Shown: in pieces, positions 8,349-18,850 of the stretch | How the letters are laid out: each line of letters starts with the position of its first letter | Numbering within the stretch: the first letter of the stretch is position 1 | Source of the DNA: Lysobacterales bacterium | Lineage (GTDB): Bacteria > Pseudomonadota > Gammaproteobacteria > Xanthomonadales > SZUA-5 | Length of the DNA stretch: 64,000 nucleotides | Assembly (NCBI GenBank): GCA_022844165.1 | Contig: JALHMH010000022.1 | Coordinates: 13,910-77,909, forward strand | Direction: 5' to 3' | Made by a program: the position numbers and the translations under genes | Notes under the pieces: model-generated | What the model was told of the DNA's origin: nothing | Seen by the model: only the letters and a program-made list of their open reading frames with translations | Databases searched by the model: none

Positions 8349-11192
8349 ATGACATCCAGACTCTATCTTTGCCTGCCATTGTTGTGGGCAGTGCCTGCGT
8401 CGGCGCAGGTTTCCATCCCGGCAACCAACACGCCAGTTTCCGAATCCTTCGACACGCTGGCGACGAGCGGCACCAGTTCGGCGCTTCCAACGGGTTGGGC
8501 CTTTGCCGAAACCGGCAGCGCAGCCAATACCACCTACACTGCGAACAACGGCGGGGCCAATACTGGCGACACTTACAGCTACGGCACCGGTACGCAAAGC
8601 GATCGCGCTTTTGGCACTCTGCTCAGCGGCAGCCTGACAAGCACCATCGGCGCAGCGTTTGTGAATAACACCGGCACGGCCATTACCGCGCTTCAGATTG
8701 CCTACACCGGCGAACAGTGGCGTCTGGGCACCGCAAGCCGCGAGGATCGCCTGGATTTCGCTTACAGCGTCGATGCCACGAGCCTGAGTACCGGCACCTA
8801 CATCGATGTCAACAGCCTGGACTTCATTGCGCCGACCACCGTCACCCCAACCGGTGCTCTGGACGGCAATCTGGCGGCCAATCGCACCACCAGGCAGTTT
8901 ACGATCACCGGCTTGTCGATCGCCAACGGCCAGACGTTCTGGGTGCGTTGGAGCGATTTCAATGCCAGCGGTGCCGACGATGGCCTGGCCGTCGATGACT
9001 TTTCGCTGGTCGCAAATCCCGCTGGTGGTGGCTTAACGCTCAGTGTTGCGGATGTGTCTTTGCCCGAAGGCAATGTGCCTGGCGACGTGACCAACTTCGA
9101 TTTCGTCGTCACCTTATCCGGTCCCGCACCGGTGATGGGCGTACGCTTCGATGCAGCCACCAGCGACGGCACCGCCACGGTCGCCAATTCGGACTACGTT
9201 GGCATTGCTTTGCAAGATATCGAAATCAGCGCCGGACAGACGTCGACCACGGTCACTGTGCTCGTCAATCACGACCTGATCGGTGAGCCGAACGAGACCT
9301 TTACCCTCACCCTGAGCAACTTCGAGAACGTCACGCCCACCGACGCGATCGCCGTAGGCACGATCGTCAACGACGATCCGCTGGAAATTTTCCAGATTCA
9401 GGGCAGCGGCAATTCGTCGCCGGTGGCCAACAGTAACGTCGTCAGCATCGACAACGTGGTGACTGCCCTGGCGCCTAACGGCTTTTTCATGCAGACGCCA
9501 AGTAGCCGAGACGATGGAAATCTGGCCACATCGAACGGCATTTTTGTCTTCACCAGCACGGCACCAACCGTCGCCGTTGGCGATCGAGTCAGCGTTTCCG
9601 GCACCGTCGTCGAGTTCTTCGACTTCACCCAGATTTCCGCACCCACGGTGACCGTCACTGGCACCTTGCCGTTGCCACCGCCGGTGGCCCTGGATGCCAC
9701 CTGGCCGTCGCCGTTGCGCACGGCGCCGGCTTGTTATGCCGACCCGAACATCGAGTTCGCCAACTTCGAGTGCATCGAAGGTATGCGCGTCAATCTGGCG
9801 TCTGGCATTGTCAACGGCCCCAGTCAGCGCTTTGCGTCTGATCCATTCGCCGAGCCGCAGATTGTTGCGCGCAGCACACGGGCTTTCCGCGAGCCCGGCA
9901 TTCTCTTCCCCGGTCTCAGTGGCATCGCGCCGAGCATCCCGGTATTCGACAACAATCCAGAGATCTTCGAACTCGACCCGGACAAACTCGGCTTGCCCAA
10001 CCGCGCGCTGACGGGTGGAACCACGTTCAGCGCCGAGGGTGTCATCGGCTACGATTTTGGCGACTTTGAGATCTGGCCGACGCAGTTGACGACTGTCGAT
10101 GCGCAAATGCCGCGACCCGTACCAGTCGCGCAGACGGGCAATTTGACCATCGCCAGCATCAACGTATTGCGACTGTACGATCCGAACGCAGCGAACAACA
10201 GCGCAACCACATGCAATAGCACCGCAACTTACACAGAACTCACAGAGGCAGCCGACTTCGATCGACGCATCGCCAAGCTCTCCAGTTATGTCCGCAACGT
10301 GCTGCGCGCGCCCGATGTGATTGCGTTCCAGGAAGTCGAGAACCTCGGCGTGCTGGAGACATTGGCGGCCAAGCTGTTGGTCGACGACCCGACGTTGGCC
10401 TACACGGCACATCTGGCCGAAGGCAGCGATGTCGGCGGCATTGATGTCGGCTTCTTGGTGCGCGCCGGCCGCATTAATGCCGGATTCACGCTGACGCAAC
10501 TCGGCAAAGCTGAGCTATTCACATTCGACGATCCGGATTCTTGCCTGCACGATCGTCCGCCTTTCCTGTTGGAGGGCGTTTTCAGTCAGGGTGACCGTCC
10601 GTTTGCAGTGATGGTCAATCATCTGCGCTCATTGAACGGTATCGGCGATTGCCGCAGCGGCAGTACCGAACGCGTCTGCCGCAAGCGCCTTGAACAGGCG
10701 CTGTCGATCGCCGCTTTCGTGCAATCCGCGCAAACGGCACAACCCACGCGCCCATTGGTGGTTCTGGGCGACTTCAACGCTTTCGAGTTTAGCGATGGTC
10801 ATGTCGACGTGATCGGCATTGTCAAAGGAACGGCGCTGCTCGACGGCGCGGCTTCGCCAAACAGCCAACTCGCTCCGACGAACGATGTGATCGAACCGAA
10901 TTTGATCAACGCGATCGACAACCTGCCGAATGCGGAGCGCTATAGCTTCTTGTTCGACAGAAATGTCCAGGTACTGGACCATGCGCTGCTCAACACGGCG
11001 GGCGCCAATTCGCTGATCGAAGCCGCGTTCGCACGCGGCAATGTCGATGTACCAGAAGTATTCGAACGTACCGCCGCGAATGCGACGACCTACGGCGAGG
11101 ACCTGTTTCCCAGCGGCTTCGAGTCGCCGAACGAATATCGCGCGACTCGGATCTCGGATCACGACGGACTTTGGTTGCGGCTCTTTCCGTAG
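8349..11192 (+). CDS. Secreted ExeM/NucH-like endonuclease (N-terminal beta domain, Calx-beta, OB fold, EEP domain)
   Basis: Signal peptide; EPNETFTLTLSN..GTIVNDD (Calx-beta); IFQIQG..GFFMQ..SNGIFVF; FQEVEN, NHLRS, LGDFNA, LDHAL, SDHD. Confidence 0.88.
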   Translation: MTSRLYLCLPLLWAVPASAQVSIPATNTPVSESFDTLATSGTSSALPTGWAFAETGSAANTTYTANNGGANTGDTYSYGTGTQSDRAFGTLLSGSLTSTIGAAFVNNTGTAITALQIAYTGEQWRLGTASREDRLDFAYSVDATSLSTGTYIDVNSLDFIAPTTVTPTGALDGNLAANRTTRQFTITGLSIANGQTFWVRWSDFNASGADDGLAVDDFSLVANPAGGGLTLSVADVSLPEGNVPGDVTNFDFVVTLSGPAPVMGVRFDAATSDGTATVANSDYVGIALQDIEISAGQTSTTVTVLVNHDLIGEPNETFTLTLSNFENVTPTDAIAVGTIVNDDPLEIFQIQGSGNSSPVANSNVVSIDNVVTALAPNGFFMQTPSSRDDGNLATSNGIFVFTSTAPTVAVGDRVSVSGTVVEFFDFTQISAPTVTVTGTLPLPPPVALDATWPSPLRTAPACYADPNIEFANFECIEGMRVNLASGIVNGPSQRFASDPFAEPQIVARSTRAFREPGILFPGLSGIAPSIPVFDNNPEIFELDPDKLGLPNRALTGGTTFSAEGVIGYDFGDFEIWPTQLTTVDAQMPRPVPVAQTGNLTIASINVLRLYDPNAANNSATTCNSTATYTELTEAADFDRRIAKLSSYVRNVLRAPDVIAFQEVENLGVLETLAAKLLVDDPTLAYTAHLAEGSDVGGIDVGFLVRAGRINAGFTLTQLGKAELFTFDDPDSCLHDRPPFLLEGVFSQGDRPFAVMVNHLRSLNGIGDCRSGSTERVCRKRLEQALSIAAFVQSAQTAQPTRPLVVLGDFNAFEFSDGHVDVIGIVKGTALLDGAASPNSQLAPTNDVIEPNLINAIDNLPNAERYSFLFDRNVQVLDHALLNTAGANSLIEAAFARGNVDVPEVFERTAANATTYGEDLFPSGFESPNEYRATRISDHDGLWLRLFP

Positions 11193-11244
11193 CGCGTTTC
11201 GAATGAGCCCCAATGTGTCTGCATGGATGCAGGCGATGGGGCGG

Positions 11245-11459
11245 CTAGAGTCGAGTCGAATTTTCTTAGGAGCGGCTTTGGCTTTTGCAGCCCCTTAAGT
11301 GAAGGGGGTGAGACTCGGCGCTGACACGCCGCAGGCGTGTGCCGAGTCGAACGCCCGGCGGCTGCGCCGCTGGGCCGGAAACGCGAAGCGCGGGTTGTGG
11401 GAAATACGGTGTCTTGCGAAGCCAACAATGCTCGGCGGTCTGAGGCGGAGCCTCGTTAG
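11245..11459 (+). repeat. Long copy of repeat family R
   Basis: CTAGAGTC start; GGAGCGGCTTTGGCTTTT; GGTGAGACTCGGCGCTGACACGCCGC; GAAGCCAACAATGCTCGGCGGTCTGAGGCGGAGCCTCGTTAG end. Confidence 0.88.
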
Positions 11460-11487
11460 CGATGAGCTGACATCCTGTCCAATCTGG

Positions 11488-12072
11488 TTAGCTAAATCCG
11501 AACTCGCCACACAGAACATCGCGTACCGGGCGAAAGCTGCGGCGGTGGATCGAGCAAGGACCGAGGCGCTTCAAAGCTGCCAGATGCGCCGGCGTGGGGT
11601 AGCCCATATGCTCATCGAAACCGTACTCGGGAAACTGCGCGGCATAGGCGATCATCTGTTCGTCGCGATGCGTTTTTGCCAGGATCGATGCGGCAGAAAT
11701 GCAGCTAAATCGGGCATCGCCTTTGACAAAGGCAGTGCTCGCACAGGGCATGTTTTTCGGTATTCGATTGCCGTCGATCCATGCTTCGTCGGCGGGTGGA
11801 TCCAGGGCATGCACTGCTTGGCGCATGCCGTGCAATGTCGCCGCCAGGATGTTCATCCGATCGATGGTCGGCGCGTCGACTTCGATCACCGCGTAAATCG
11901 AGCTGGCCTTGATTGCGATCGCCAATTCGGCGCGGCGTTCTGGACTGAGCGTCTTGCTATCGGCCAGTCCAGCCACAGGTCGTAATGGATCGAGAATCAC
12001 CGCCGCAACGACCACCGGTCCCGCCAGCGGGCCGCGTCCTGCTTCATCGACACCAGCGATTCGCGAACTCAT
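11488..12072 (-). CDS. rnhB: Ribonuclease HII
   Basis: GVDEAGRGPLAGPV, DSK, KGD and SAASILAK motifs; follows lpxB. Confidence 0.97.
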   Translation of the reverse strand: MSSRIAGVDEAGRGPLAGPVVVAAVILDPLRPVAGLADSKTLSPERRAELAIAIKASSIYAVIEVDAPTIDRMNILAATLHGMRQAVHALDPPADEAWIDGNRIPKNMPCASTAFVKGDARFSCISAASILAKTHRDEQMIAYAAQFPEYGFDEHMGYPTPAHLAALKRLGPCSIHRRSFRPVRDVLCGEFGFS

Positions 12073-13193
12073 AACATCGATAGCACCGCGTCCGCCGCCC
12101 GCTCAGCCGCGCCTTGACGCAAGAGCAGATGCGTGTCGAGCGCGAGTTGTTCAAACCTTGCGGTCCGCACTTTGTCCCATGCGCTCAGATCCGCAAGCAA
12201 CGCTTTGGGCGTCAAATCGTACTGCGCAAGCTCAGTCACCAGCGGTTGTTCGACCAACTTGTTCGGCAAGGAAAAAAATGGCGTTTTCAGCACACCGAAC
12301 ATCTTGACGATCCAATAAGTTAGCGTGGCGACGCGATAGCCAACGACCATTGGCCGTTTCGCCAGGAACGCTTCCAATGCTGCCGTTCCGCTGGCGACAA
12401 TGACCTGATCGCAAGCATAAAGGGCGTCACGCATTTGGCCATCCAGCACGCGTGTTCGCGATGCGAGTGCCGGCCGGGCCGCAACAGCGGCCTCGATCAT
12501 TGAGCGAAGTTGCGCATTCGCCGCCGGGACCAGTACCAGGGCTTGCGAGGCTTCTGCCGCACCGAAGAAATCCGAAACCAATTTCGCGACCTCGCTGCGT
12601 CGGCTACCCGGCAAGACTGCCAGCACCCGCACGGCGTCGGGTATCGAAAGCCGTGCGCGCGCCACGGCCCTATCCGGCTTGAGCGGAATCTCATCCGCAA
12701 ATGGGTGACCCACAAAGATCGCCCTGCCCCCGTAGCGTTCGTACAGCGCAGGCTCGAACGGAAACAAGCACAGGACGAGGTCTGTGGCCGCACCGATGGA
12801 CCTCGCTCGCGTCTGCCGCCAGGCCCAGATCGAAGGGGACACGTAATGCAAAGTGCGCATGCCACGTTTGTGCAGGCGCTTTTCGATCGGCAAATTGAAG
12901 TCGGGCGCGTCGATTCCGATGTATGCGCTTGCTTTGGCATCCAACACGCGAGCCACAAACTCCCGACGCAAGCGCAGCAATCGCGGCAAGTGTCTGAGCA
13001 CTTCGACCAGACCCATGACCGCCAGTTGTTGCGCGTCGAACCAAACCTCCATACCGGCGGCGCGCATTTTCGGGCCACCGATGCCGGCAAATCGCAACCT
13101 CGGATCCCTCGCGCTCAACGCCTCGATCAAGCTCGCGCCCAAGGCATCGCCGGAGGCCTCGCCTGCGCAGAGAATGATGGTGCGCGTTGTCAC
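12069..13193 (-). CDS. lpxB: Lipid-A-disaccharide synthase
   Basis: AGEASGD, IDAPDFN, YVSPSIWAWR, LPGSRRSE. Confidence 0.97.
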   Translation of the reverse strand: MTTRTIILCAGEASGDALGASLIEALSARDPRLRFAGIGGPKMRAAGMEVWFDAQQLAVMGLVEVLRHLPRLLRLRREFVARVLDAKASAYIGIDAPDFNLPIEKRLHKRGMRTLHYVSPSIWAWRQTRARSIGAATDLVLCLFPFEPALYERYGGRAIFVGHPFADEIPLKPDRAVARARLSIPDAVRVLAVLPGSRRSEVAKLVSDFFGAAEASQALVLVPAANAQLRSMIEAAVAARPALASRTRVLDGQMRDALYACDQVIVASGTAALEAFLAKRPMVVGYRVATLTYWIVKMFGVLKTPFFSLPNKLVEQPLVTELAQYDLTPKALLADLSAWDKVRTARFEQLALDTHLLLRQGAAERAADAVLSML

Positions 13194-13245
13194 AGCCAGT
13201 GCGACGATTCAAGCGCCGATACGAGAATTCCCGACGTCCTGGCAA

Positions 13246-14019
13246 TCAACGCAAAAGGCTCCGCTCACTGCGATCGATAAAGGCGACGAACTCGGCGACA
13301 GCCGGTTCTGATTCCGCTTGCGCCAGCAACTTCTCTCGCGCCTCGTTCAACGACAGCCCGGACACATAAAGGGTTCGGTAGGCGCGCTTGATCGCGGCGA
13401 TGCGCTCGGGCGTAAATCCCCGGCGCTTCAATCCTTCGGTATTGATGCCCCGTGGCGCACTCATTTCGCTGCCTGCCACGACAAATGGCGGTACATCGGA
13501 GTTGATTTTGCTGCCCATGCCGGTGAATGCATGCGCACCGATCTTGCAGAACTGATGGATCAGCGAATAACCGCCAAGAATCGCGTAATCCTCAATCGTC
13601 ACATGCCCGGCCAGCGCCACAGAATTCGCCAGGATGGTGTGATTGCCGACGATGCAGTCGTGTGCGATGTGGACGTACGCCATGATCCAGTTGTCGTTGC
13701 CGATGACTGTTTTGCCACCGCCCTGCACGGTTCCCCGATTGAGGGTTGTGAACTCGCGAATTGTATTGCCGTCGCCAATGATCAGTTGTGTCGGTTCCCC
13801 AGCGTACTTCTTATCCTGCGGTGCCCCACCGATGGCCGCGTGCGCAAATATCTGGTTGTTCAGACCGATGTGCGTTGGCCCCTCCAGTATGGCGTGCGCA
13901 CCGATGCGCGACCCGGCACCAATGCGCACCGAAGCGCCGATGATGGCATAGGGCCCAACTTCCACATTGCTATCAAGCTCAGCGCTCGGGTCGATCACTG
14001 CCGTTTTGTGGACCGACAC
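13246..14019 (-). CDS. lpxA: UDP-N-acetylglucosamine O-acyltransferase
   Basis: Hexapeptide repeats, PQDKKY, HIAHDC, GLKRRGF; GTG start at 14019. Confidence 0.96.
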   Translation of the reverse strand: MSVHKTAVIDPSAELDSNVEVGPYAIIGASVRIGAGSRIGAHAILEGPTHIGLNNQIFAHAAIGGAPQDKKYAGEPTQLIIGDGNTIREFTTLNRGTVQGGGKTVIGNDNWIMAYVHIAHDCIVGNHTILANSVALAGHVTIEDYAILGGYSLIHQFCKIGAHAFTGMGSKINSDVPPFVVAGSEMSAPRGINTEGLKRRGFTPERIAAIKRAYRTLYVSGLSLNEAREKLLAQAESEPAVAEFVAFIDRSERSLLR

Positions 14020-14023
14020 GGCT

Positions 14024-14494
14024 TCAAGCCCCCCGCTCGGCACACAGCACTTCGGCACTGGCGACGACTTCGCCGTCCACCTTTGCCTGGCACACGAATT
14101 GACCCATGCGCAGCATCATGCGTTTTTGCACCACTTCAAGATGCAGCTGATCGCCCGGCCGGACGATCTTGTTAAAGCGCGCCTTGTCGATCTTGACAAG
14201 GTAATACAGCGGGTTCTGTTCCGGGGAGTGTGGTGCCGACATTTGTACGAGCACACCTGAGGCTTGCGCCAGGGCCTCCAAAATAAGCACGCCGGGCATC
14301 ACAGGATTACCGGGAAAATGACCTTGGAAAAAAGGCTCGTTCAGCGTTACGTTCTTGATGGCAGTCAAGCGTTTGCCGGGCTCAAAAGCGATGACACGAT
14401 CGACCAGCAGAAATGGATAGCGATGCGGCAGCATCTCAAAGATGCGTCGTACATCAACCGGTAATGTCGGCAATGGGGCGGCGGTTTGCGTCAT
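14024..14494 (-). CDS. fabZ: 3-hydroxyacyl-ACP dehydratase
   Basis: [29 protein letters not shown]. Confidence 0.97.
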   Translation of the reverse strand: MTQTAAPLPTLPVDVRRIFEMLPHRYPFLLVDRVIAFEPGKRLTAIKNVTLNEPFFQGHFPGNPVMPGVLILEALAQASGVLVQMSAPHSPEQNPLYYLVKIDKARFNKIVRPGDQLHLEVVQKRMMLRMGQFVCQAKVDGEVVASAEVLCAERGA

Positions 14495-14588
14495 GGAGAA
14501 CCTTCAATACGAGGAAAATCGGATGTTTGGCTGCGTCGGCTCTGATCGAACAGCAGCGGAATGATGAATGTCCGAACCGCTGCTCGCG

Positions 14589-15572
14589 TCAGCCTCGCCG
14601 CGCCAACTCATCGAGTTGTTTGAATCTGACTGCGCTCTTGCGCCACGCGCGATTATCCATCAGCGGCGTACCCGATGAGTACTCGCCAGGACTCTTGATT
14701 GAATGGGTCACCAGGCTCATTGCTGTGATCGTGACTTTGTCGCAGATTTCAAGATGCCCCAACACACCCGCTCCGCCGCCGATCAAACACCATCGGCCGA
14801 TCCGCGCACTTCCCGCTACAGCCGAACATCCGGCCATTGCGGTGTGCGCTCCTATATGCACGTTGTGGGCAATCTGGATTTGATTGTCGAGCCGGACGTC
14901 GTTCTCAAGCACGGTATCACCCATGGCGCCGCGATCGATGGTCGTGTTGGCGCCGATCTCGCAATCGTCGCCGATCCGAACGCCGCCCAGTTGCGGCACC
15001 TTCAGCCAGCCGCCTTGATCGAACGCCAGTCCGAAACCATCGGCTCCTAACACAGCACCGGGATGAATCAGCACGCGCTTGCCGATTTGCACGCGCACCA
15101 CCAGCGTTACGCGCGCAACGAGTTCAGCGCCCTCGCCCACCACACAATCCTCGCCAATCACGCAACCGGGGCCCACAGTTGCACCCGGACCGATGATCGA
15201 GCGCGCGCCAATGAACACCAATGGCCCCACGTGCGCGCCCGCCCCTACAGTCGCGGATTCGTCGATCACCGCCGAGGCATGTATGCCGGGCGAGCGCTGC
15301 GGTCGATGCTCGAACATTGCCGCCGCTCGCGCAAAATCAGCGTACGGGTTGCGGCTCACGAGCACCGCGCAAGGTGCCCGTTCCGCGGCGTCGGCAGGCG
15401 CAATAACGGCGCCCGCAGATGTCGTCGATAGTTGCCCGCGGTACTTGGGGTTGGCAAGAAAACTCAGGTCTGTTGCTACCGCACGATCCAATGGCGCTAC
15501 GCCTCGGATGGTTGCTCGATCATCGCCCAAGACACCCAGGCCCAATCGTTCGGCAAGCTCGCGGACGATCAT
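14589..15572 (-). CDS. lpxD: UDP-3-O-acylglucosamine N-acyltransferase
   Basis: Hexapeptide repeats, GADGFG, IGANTTIDRGA, DNQIQIAHNV. Confidence 0.96.
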   Translation of the reverse strand: MIVRELAERLGLGVLGDDRATIRGVAPLDRAVATDLSFLANPKYRGQLSTTSAGAVIAPADAAERAPCAVLVSRNPYADFARAAAMFEHRPQRSPGIHASAVIDESATVGAGAHVGPLVFIGARSIIGPGATVGPGCVIGEDCVVGEGAELVARVTLVVRVQIGKRVLIHPGAVLGADGFGLAFDQGGWLKVPQLGGVRIGDDCEIGANTTIDRGAMGDTVLENDVRLDNQIQIAHNVHIGAHTAMAGCSAVAGSARIGRWCLIGGGAGVLGHLEICDKVTITAMSLVTHSIKSPGEYSSGTPLMDNRAWRKSAVRFKQLDELARRG

Positions 15573-16096
15573 GGCGCCCTCTCGGCACGATTCACCCGCG
15601 CCAAGACAGCGTCGGTGATATCCAGACGCGGATGCGCAAACCCAACGCTGTCGGTCAGCACCAGATCGAAAGCCTCGGCGCGGGCATAGGCGGCGATTTC
15701 CTCGCGAATCTGCTCGTCGATACGCTGGCGCGCTTCATTCAGGCGGCGATTGAGCGCCACATTAAGATCGTTGCGACGGCGTTCGAGATTGCGCATTTCG
15801 GCATCAACGCGCCGACGCAGCTCGAGCATTTCTGCGTCCGTTGCGGTTTGCGCGCGCCGATCGCGTTCTGCCTCCAGCTCGCGCAATCGTGCCTCATCCA
15901 GTTTCAGCGCATCGCTACGCGGCTTGAATTCGGCAGTAATCTGGTCACGCGTAACGCCAAAGATCGTCGCTTCGTCGATGATGCGCCGCACATCAACATA
16001 GCCGACTTTGAGCGGGGATTGCGCGAGCGCACCGAACGACAGCGCGGCCATGGCGCACAACAACGCAAGCCGAATGCTCTTGCTCAACCCGCGCAC
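15569..16096 (-). CDS. skp: Periplasmic chaperone Skp/OmpH
   Basis: Signal peptide, KVGYVD, coiled coil, FDLVL..DITDAVL; lies between bamA and lpxD. Confidence 0.88.
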   Translation of the reverse strand: MRGLSKSIRLALLCAMAALSFGALAQSPLKVGYVDVRRIIDEATIFGVTRDQITAEFKPRSDALKLDEARLRELEAERDRRAQTATDAEMLELRRRVDAEMRNLERRRNDLNVALNRRLNEARQRIDEQIREEIAAYARAEAFDLVLTDSVGFAHPRLDITDAVLARVNRAERAP

Positions 16097-16288
16097 AGCG
16101 AGGTCTCAACTGCAAGATTCGGACCGGCCAGCATTGTGCGTTTCGCCTGCCAAGAATCCATGCATCGCAACAGCTCCCGCTGATCCATTGACGATCGGCC
16201 AAACCCCTGACCCGGCAGGGCGACGGAAGCCCGATCTGATTCACACGAAATTCGACTCAATCGACAGGATCCTGGCCTGCCAGGTACG

Positions 16289-16457
16289 CTAGAGTCCTTG
16301 ACGGAGCCGGATCTGTACATTTGAGTCAAGTTTTCTGCGGAGCGGCTTTGGCTTTTACAGCCCCTTAAGTTAAGGGGCGCGCGAAGCGCGGGTTGTGGGC
16401 AATACGGTGTCTGGCGAAGCCAACAATGCTCTGCGGACTGAGGCGAAGCCTCGCTAG
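16289..16457 (+). repeat. CTAG-to-CTAG copy of repeat family R between bamA and skp
   Basis: CTAGAGTCCTTGACGGAG...GAAGCCAACAATGCTCTGCGGACTGAGGCGAAGCCTCGCTAG. The right CTAG contains the bamA stop codon. Confidence 0.9.
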
Positions 16458-18748
16458 AACTGATTGCCGAACGAGAACTGGATTCGCTCGACGTCATCGC
16501 CTTCCTTGTCGTTAAGCGGATACGCGAGGTTGATGATAATCGGGCCCACGGGCGCCCGCCATTGCATCGTGAGGCCCGTCGAATAACGCAACTCGCCCGC
16601 GTCGAAATCATCGATATCGCGATAGACATTGCCGACGTCCAGAAACCAGCCCAGGCGAATGGTATCAGCGCCTTTGGCAAAAGGTGTGGGAAACAGGAAC
16701 TCGACGTTGCCGATCACGCTCATGGCGCCGCCAACAGGCAGCGGTTCGCCACCCGATAGTAAACGAGGGCCAAGCGTATTGTCGCGGAAGCCGCGCACAG
16801 ATCGGACGCCACCTGAGTAGTAGTTCTCCCAAAATGGCAGGCCCAGGTCCTTTTTGTCGCCGCCATACGCATCGCCAAAGTTCAATTCGCTGTTGACCAT
16901 CAGCGTGAACTTCTGCGTTAACGGGAAGTAACGTTGGTACTGCGCGCTGATTTTGTAGTACTCGATTTCGCTCGGTGGCAAGGTCACCTCAGCGGTCAAT
17001 CGCATCAGCGAGCCGTCTGTGGGCGAGAAGAAGCGGTTGCGGCTGTCGCGGAACCACGAGGTCTCGAAGCGCAGGGAGTTGAAGGTCCGGTTGTCGAGGA
17101 CAAATGGGATGTACTCGTCCGGCGTCAGCCCAGGGAAGATTTCGATCTTGGTGTGATCTGCCGCAAGTCTGAAGTTGACGCGATCAAACTCGCTCAACGG
17201 GATGCCATAGTTCACACCGATCTGACCCACATCGCTGGTGTAACTTGCGATGTTCGCCTGCCCAGAATCGAGTTCGCGGTAGCTCACATTGAAGCCGCGG
17301 CTCACGCCATCGTCTGTGTAGTACGGATTGAAATACGTCGCGTCGAAGCGTTTGAACACACTGTTGTTGCTCACCGCCAAACCGACCCGGTTGCCACTGC
17401 CCAGAAAGTTATCGAAGCTCAGGGCAACCGACAGGATGGCACCCTGTAGTTCCGAATAACCAACGCCGAACTGGAAGTTGCCGGTCTGTTGCTCATCGAC
17501 TTTGATATTGACGTCGACCTGATCGTCGGTGCCGGCGACCTTGGGAGTTTCCACCTCTACGCTCTTGAAGAATCCGAGGCGCTCCAGGCGGATTTTGGAC
17601 CGATCGATCGCCGCCTGATTGAACCAGCCGCCCTCGAACTGACGCATTTCGCGACGCAAGACTTCATCCACCGTCTTGCTGTTGCCCTCGAAGTTGATGC
17701 GCCGCACATACACCCGCTTGCCCGGTTCGACCAGCAGTGTGATATCGACAGTGCGTTTTTCCCGATTCACCTGCGGCAATGGATTGACTTCAGCAAATGC
17801 ATAGCCAAAGTTGCCCAGCAGGCGTTTGATGTATTCGGAACTCTGTTCCAGATTCCGGCGCGAAAAGGTCTCGCCTTTGTTGATCACAACGAGGCTCCGC
17901 AGCGTTTCCTCGTCGACGATGAACTCGCCGGTCAGGCGCACATCGCCCACCTGGTACACCTCGCCCTCGTTGACGTTCGCCGTCACGTAAACGTTGCGCC
18001 GGTCTGGGCTGACGCTGACCTGGGTCGATTCGATATCGAAATCGACATAGCCGCGATCCAGATAAAAGGCTCGCAGTTTTTCGAGATCGCCGGAGAGTTT
18101 CTCACGGCTGTATTGGTCGTCGCGGCGGTACCAGGACAACCAGTTAGTGGTATCGAGCTCAAATCCGTCGCGGATTTCTTCGTCGGTGAACGTGGTGTTG
18201 CCGACCACATTCAGATGGCGAATCTTCGCCGCCTTGCCTTCGGCAATCGTCAATGTCACGTTCACCCGGTTGCGGTCGAGCGTTGTTACAGACGGCGATA
18301 TCTTGACGTTGTATTTGCCGCGGTTGTTGTACTGACGCGTCAACTCCTGCGTCACGCGCTCGAGATTCAAGCGGTCGAATGTCTCGCCTTCGGCCAAGCC
18401 GATGTTCGTCAGGCCTTTTTGCAGCTCTTCGGTCTTGATGTCCTTATTGCCGATCAACTCGACTTTGGCGATCGCCGGCCGCTCGCGAACTGTGATGACC
18501 AGAATGTTACCCTGCCGGTCGAGGCGAACATCGTTGAAAAAGCCAGTGCGGTACAAGGCCCGCAATGCTTCGGCCGAGCGCGCGCGATTGAGTTGATCGC
18601 CCTTCTGCAAAGGCAGGTACGTGAACACAGTACCAGCCGAAATACGTTCGAGGCCATCGACGCGAATATCGGAAATTGTGAAATCTTCGAACGCGAAAGC
18701 GGTCTGTCCGATGAGCGCCAGGATGAGCGCGGCGAGAGGTTTCTTCAT
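16454..18748 (-). CDS. bamA: Outer membrane protein assembly factor BamA
   Basis: POTRA repeats, VRGF motif, C-terminal FSFGNQF. Confidence 0.98.
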   Translation of the reverse strand: MKKPLAALILALIGQTAFAFEDFTISDIRVDGLERISAGTVFTYLPLQKGDQLNRARSAEALRALYRTGFFNDVRLDRQGNILVITVRERPAIAKVELIGNKDIKTEELQKGLTNIGLAEGETFDRLNLERVTQELTRQYNNRGKYNVKISPSVTTLDRNRVNVTLTIAEGKAAKIRHLNVVGNTTFTDEEIRDGFELDTTNWLSWYRRDDQYSREKLSGDLEKLRAFYLDRGYVDFDIESTQVSVSPDRRNVYVTANVNEGEVYQVGDVRLTGEFIVDEETLRSLVVINKGETFSRRNLEQSSEYIKRLLGNFGYAFAEVNPLPQVNREKRTVDITLLVEPGKRVYVRRINFEGNSKTVDEVLRREMRQFEGGWFNQAAIDRSKIRLERLGFFKSVEVETPKVAGTDDQVDVNIKVDEQQTGNFQFGVGYSELQGAILSVALSFDNFLGSGNRVGLAVSNNSVFKRFDATYFNPYYTDDGVSRGFNVSYRELDSGQANIASYTSDVGQIGVNYGIPLSEFDRVNFRLAADHTKIEIFPGLTPDEYIPFVLDNRTFNSLRFETSWFRDSRNRFFSPTDGSLMRLTAEVTLPPSEIEYYKISAQYQRYFPLTQKFTLMVNSELNFGDAYGGDKKDLGLPFWENYYSGGVRSVRGFRDNTLGPRLLSGGEPLPVGGAMSVIGNVEFLFPTPFAKGADTIRLGWFLDVGNVYRDIDDFDAGELRYSTGLTMQWRAPVGPIIINLAYPLNDKEGDDVERIQFSFGNQF

Positions 18749-18850
18749 GCCGATGTAGCCTTTTGGGCGAGGTTTTGATCAATGCCGCGCCTCAAAGGGC
18801 GCGGTTCGTTGTGTGTTACTGGCGTCGTCGAGGCCGCGGAATGCTAACGC